A stretch of DNA of 64,000 nucleotides, taken from assembly GCF_947499705.1 (NCBI RefSeq), contig NZ_CANMPJ010000002.1:676688-740687 (forward strand), written 5' to 3'. The stretch comes from an uncultured Erythrobacter sp. (lineage in GTDB: Bacteria > Pseudomonadota > Alphaproteobacteria > Sphingomonadales > Sphingomonadaceae). The translations under genes were made by a program, and so were the position numbers. The notes under the pieces are model-generated. The model saw only the letters and a program-made list of their open reading frames with translations. It was not told the origin of the DNA and made no database searches. Below, one piece after another: positions 61,626 through 64,000 of this stretch. The first letter of the stretch is position 1; every line of letters begins with the position of its first letter.

Positions 61626-63209
61626 ATGAACAACGAATACGACGTCATTATTATCGGCTCCGGCGCTGCCGGGCTGACCGCTGCGCTGGCGCTGGCCGAG
61701 ACCAAGCGTGTCCTGGTACTCGCCAAGGGATCGTTGACGGGCGGATCGACCGCCTGGGCGCAAGGCGGGATCGCCGCCGTGCTGGATGCGGGCGACACAT
61801 TCGAAAACCACGTGCGCGACACGATGGTTGCAGGCGCAGGCTTGAACGACCTTGAGACGGTCGAGTTCGTGATCGAACAGGCTCCGGCGAGCATTGATCG
61901 GCTGGTCGAGCTGGGCGTGCCGTTCAATCAAGATTCGGGCGATTTGCACCTCACCCGCGAAGGCGGGCACTCGCACCGCCGGATCGTGCATGTCGACGAC
62001 GCGACCGGCTGGGCGGTGCAGGAGGCGCTGCTGAAAGCTGCCGACGCCAACCCCAACATCACCACTTTGCCGGGCCGCACCTGCATCGACTTCATCACCG
62101 ACCGCCACCGCGAGAAGTTCTCCGCTGCGGGCCGGGTTTGGGGCGTTTATGCGCTCAATGAGGAGACCGGCCGGGTCGAGCGGCATGTGGCGCGCGCCAC
62201 TGTGCTTGCAGCGGGCGGCGCAGGGCGCGTCTACCAATTCTCAACCGCGCCGCGCGGGGCAACCGGCGATGGAATCGCGATGGCCTGGCGAGCGGGTGCG
62301 CGGGTCTCCAACATGGAGATGATGCAGTTCCACCCGACCTGCCTCTACAATCTCGAGGTCAAGAACTTCCTGATCACCGAAGCGGTGCGGGGCGAGGGCG
62401 GGCGGCTGTTCCATCCCGAGACCGGCCACCGCTTCATGGCGGATTACGATCCAGAGCGGATGGAGCTGGCCCCGCGCGATGTGGTCGCCCGCGCGATCGA
62501 CGATCAGATCAAGCGTTTTGGCCTCGACTACGTGCATCTCGATATCAGTCACCAGCCGCCCGAATTTGTGAAAGAGCACTTCCCGACGATCCACGAGAAG
62601 CTCAGCGGCCTTGGTATCGACATGACCACTGGGCCGATCCCGGTCGTCCCTGCGCAGCATTACACGTGCGGCGGCGTGGTCGTGGGGCTGGATGCGCGGA
62701 CTGATCTCCCTGGCCTGTGGGCGGCGGGCGAATGCACCGAAAGTGGCCTGCACGGCGCGAACCGCTTGGCCTCGAACAGCCTGCTCGAATGCTTCGTCTA
62801 TGGCGAGGCGGCGGCGAGCGACATTCTGGCGAACTGGGACAAACTGGGTGATCCACCGGCGATCAAGCCATGGGATGAAAGCCGCGTCTCAGATTCGGAC
62901 GAGCAGGTCGTGATCAAGCAGAACTGGACCGAAATTCGCCGCTTCATGTGGAACTATGTCGGCATTGTCCGCACCACCAAGCGGCTGGAACGCGCACAAA
63001 ACCGCATCGCGCTCCTCAAGCAGGAGGTGGAGGATTACTACGGCAGCTTCGTCGTCACCACCGACCTGATCGAGCTGCGCAACCTGCTTCAGGCGGCGGA
63101 ACTGATCGTGAAATCCGCGCTGGCAAGGCACGAAAGCCGCGGGCTGCACTATACGATGGATTATCCGGAAACGTCGGAGGCGGTGCAGGATACGGTGCTG
63201 GTGCCTTGA
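61626..63209 (+). CDS. nadB: L-aspartate oxidase
   Basis: GSGAAGL, WAQGGIAA, EGGHS, QFHPT, EAVRGEG, HYTCGG, GLHGANRLASNSLLE. Confidence 0.97.
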   Translation: MNNEYDVIIIGSGAAGLTAALALAETKRVLVLAKGSLTGGSTAWAQGGIAAVLDAGDTFENHVRDTMVAGAGLNDLETVEFVIEQAPASIDRLVELGVPFNQDSGDLHLTREGGHSHRRIVHVDDATGWAVQEALLKAADANPNITTLPGRTCIDFITDRHREKFSAAGRVWGVYALNEETGRVERHVARATVLAAGGAGRVYQFSTAPRGATGDGIAMAWRAGARVSNMEMMQFHPTCLYNLEVKNFLITEAVRGEGGRLFHPETGHRFMADYDPERMELAPRDVVARAIDDQIKRFGLDYVHLDISHQPPEFVKEHFPTIHEKLSGLGIDMTTGPIPVVPAQHYTCGGVVVGLDARTDLPGLWAAGECTESGLHGANRLASNSLLECFVYGEAAASDILANWDKLGDPPAIKPWDESRVSDSDEQVVIKQNWTEIRRFMWNYVGIVRTTKRLERAQNRIALLKQEVEDYYGSFVVTTDLIELRNLLQAAELIVKSALARHESRGLHYTMDYPETSEAVQDTVLVP

Positions 63210-63667
63210 ACGAGCACCGGACAAGAATTGAGTCGGCGATCCACCGCTATCTTTCGCATTTCCAGCCCGACAATATCTCCTCCGATTTGCGCGACGTTGC
63301 AGTCTCATTGGATGGTCTGGTGCAAGTCTACTTCGAAACCCCTGACGTTGAACCCTTGTCGGAGAATCCGACTGAGGCACCGGGCATTGATGAGGCTGCA
63401 TTCAGTCGCAACGCCGCGCGCTTTTTTGAAGGAGACGATGTGATCTGGTTGGTCGACTCTAAGGGAGGACACGATCAAGATCCCGTGTGCACTTTCGCAA
63501 CTTCCGAACTGGCTGAAATTGCCAATGACCTGACAAAAGTGCTCTGGGAGTTCAAAAATGGCGCAGAGGCTGACGCGATCTGGGAGTTTCGCTTTGGTTA
63601 TCAGTCGCATTGGGGCGATCATCTGCACCGTGTGAGACATTATCTGCACGGGCTTGCTGCTTGGTAG
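63206..63667 (+). CDS. Hypothetical protein (DUF5063-like)
   Basis: TTGA overlap with nadB; L.EIANDL...AIWEFRFGY.SHWGDH. Confidence 0.65.
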   Translation: MNEHRTRIESAIHRYLSHFQPDNISSDLRDVAVSLDGLVQVYFETPDVEPLSENPTEAPGIDEAAFSRNAARFFEGDDVIWLVDSKGGHDQDPVCTFATSELAEIANDLTKVLWEFKNGAEADAIWEFRFGYQSHWGDHLHRVRHYLHGLAAW

Positions 63668-63725
63668 CCTGATCTAATTTCTGTACATCGAACGGCAATC
63701 CGAACACCCTTACGAATGTAGCGCC

Positions 63726-64000
63726 ATGGTTGTTCGCTTGACTCTTACGTTCGCTGTGCTCGCTGGGCTGACCGTTCCACTATCCGCCCAAGAACCACCC
63801 GCCCCCAACTCCATCGTCGTCACCGCGCAGCGCTCAGGCGCGCCGATGTGGACTATCGATACGCCGACCGGCACTGTCATCCTTGTCGGTGAAATCCGCG
63901 CGGTGCCCAAATCGACACCGTGGCAGCCCGACCGGCTCAAGGAAGCCACCGCAGAGGCGCAGCGAGTTATCATCCGCGCGCGGCCCAAGTTTTCTCCCGG
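63726..64000 (+). CDS. TraB/GumN family protein (5' part, truncated by window end)
   Basis: Signal peptide, IVVTAQRSGAPMW, VILVGEI..VP...PW. Confidence 0.65.
   Translation, partial: MVVRLTLTFAVLAGLTVPLSAQEPPAPNSIVVTAQRSGAPMWTIDTPTGTVILVGEIRAVPKSTPWQPDRLKEATAEAQRVIIRARPKFSP

Overview
A 64-kb, GC-rich, densely coding chromosomal segment of an alphaproteobacterium. Gene content, CCCCTCCCGC(T/A)(T/A)GCGGGAGGGG-type repeats, UrcA and DUF4402 genes suggest Sphingomonadales, probably Erythrobacteraceae (inference). Core genes include ptrB, aminopeptidase P, two pstS, ftsK, yggS, glnD, lgt, ivd, the methylcrotonyl-CoA carboxylase beta subunit, gyrB, guaA and nadB, mixed with small accessory genes. 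I found no tRNA, rRNA, CRISPR array, integrase or transposase. The main oddities are: (1) a MidA/NDUFAF7-type methyltransferase carrying about 300 aa of recently amplified Ala/Glu/Lys repeats; (2) a 44.2-45.95 kb pocket holding a 27-codon ORF absent from the ORF track (with its own RBS and terminator), a ~340-nt multi-hairpin region with C-rich (anti-SD-like) loops, and a UrcA gene frameshifted by a 7-bp duplication; (3) an endonuclease III gene with an in-frame TGA immediately before the catalytic Lys, near a second intact paralog; (4) tandem PHO-box-preceded pstS paralogs without pstCAB; (5) two DUF4402 pilin-like genes with CtrA-like boxes but no chaperone or usher. All family assignments come from motif recognition, not database searches.
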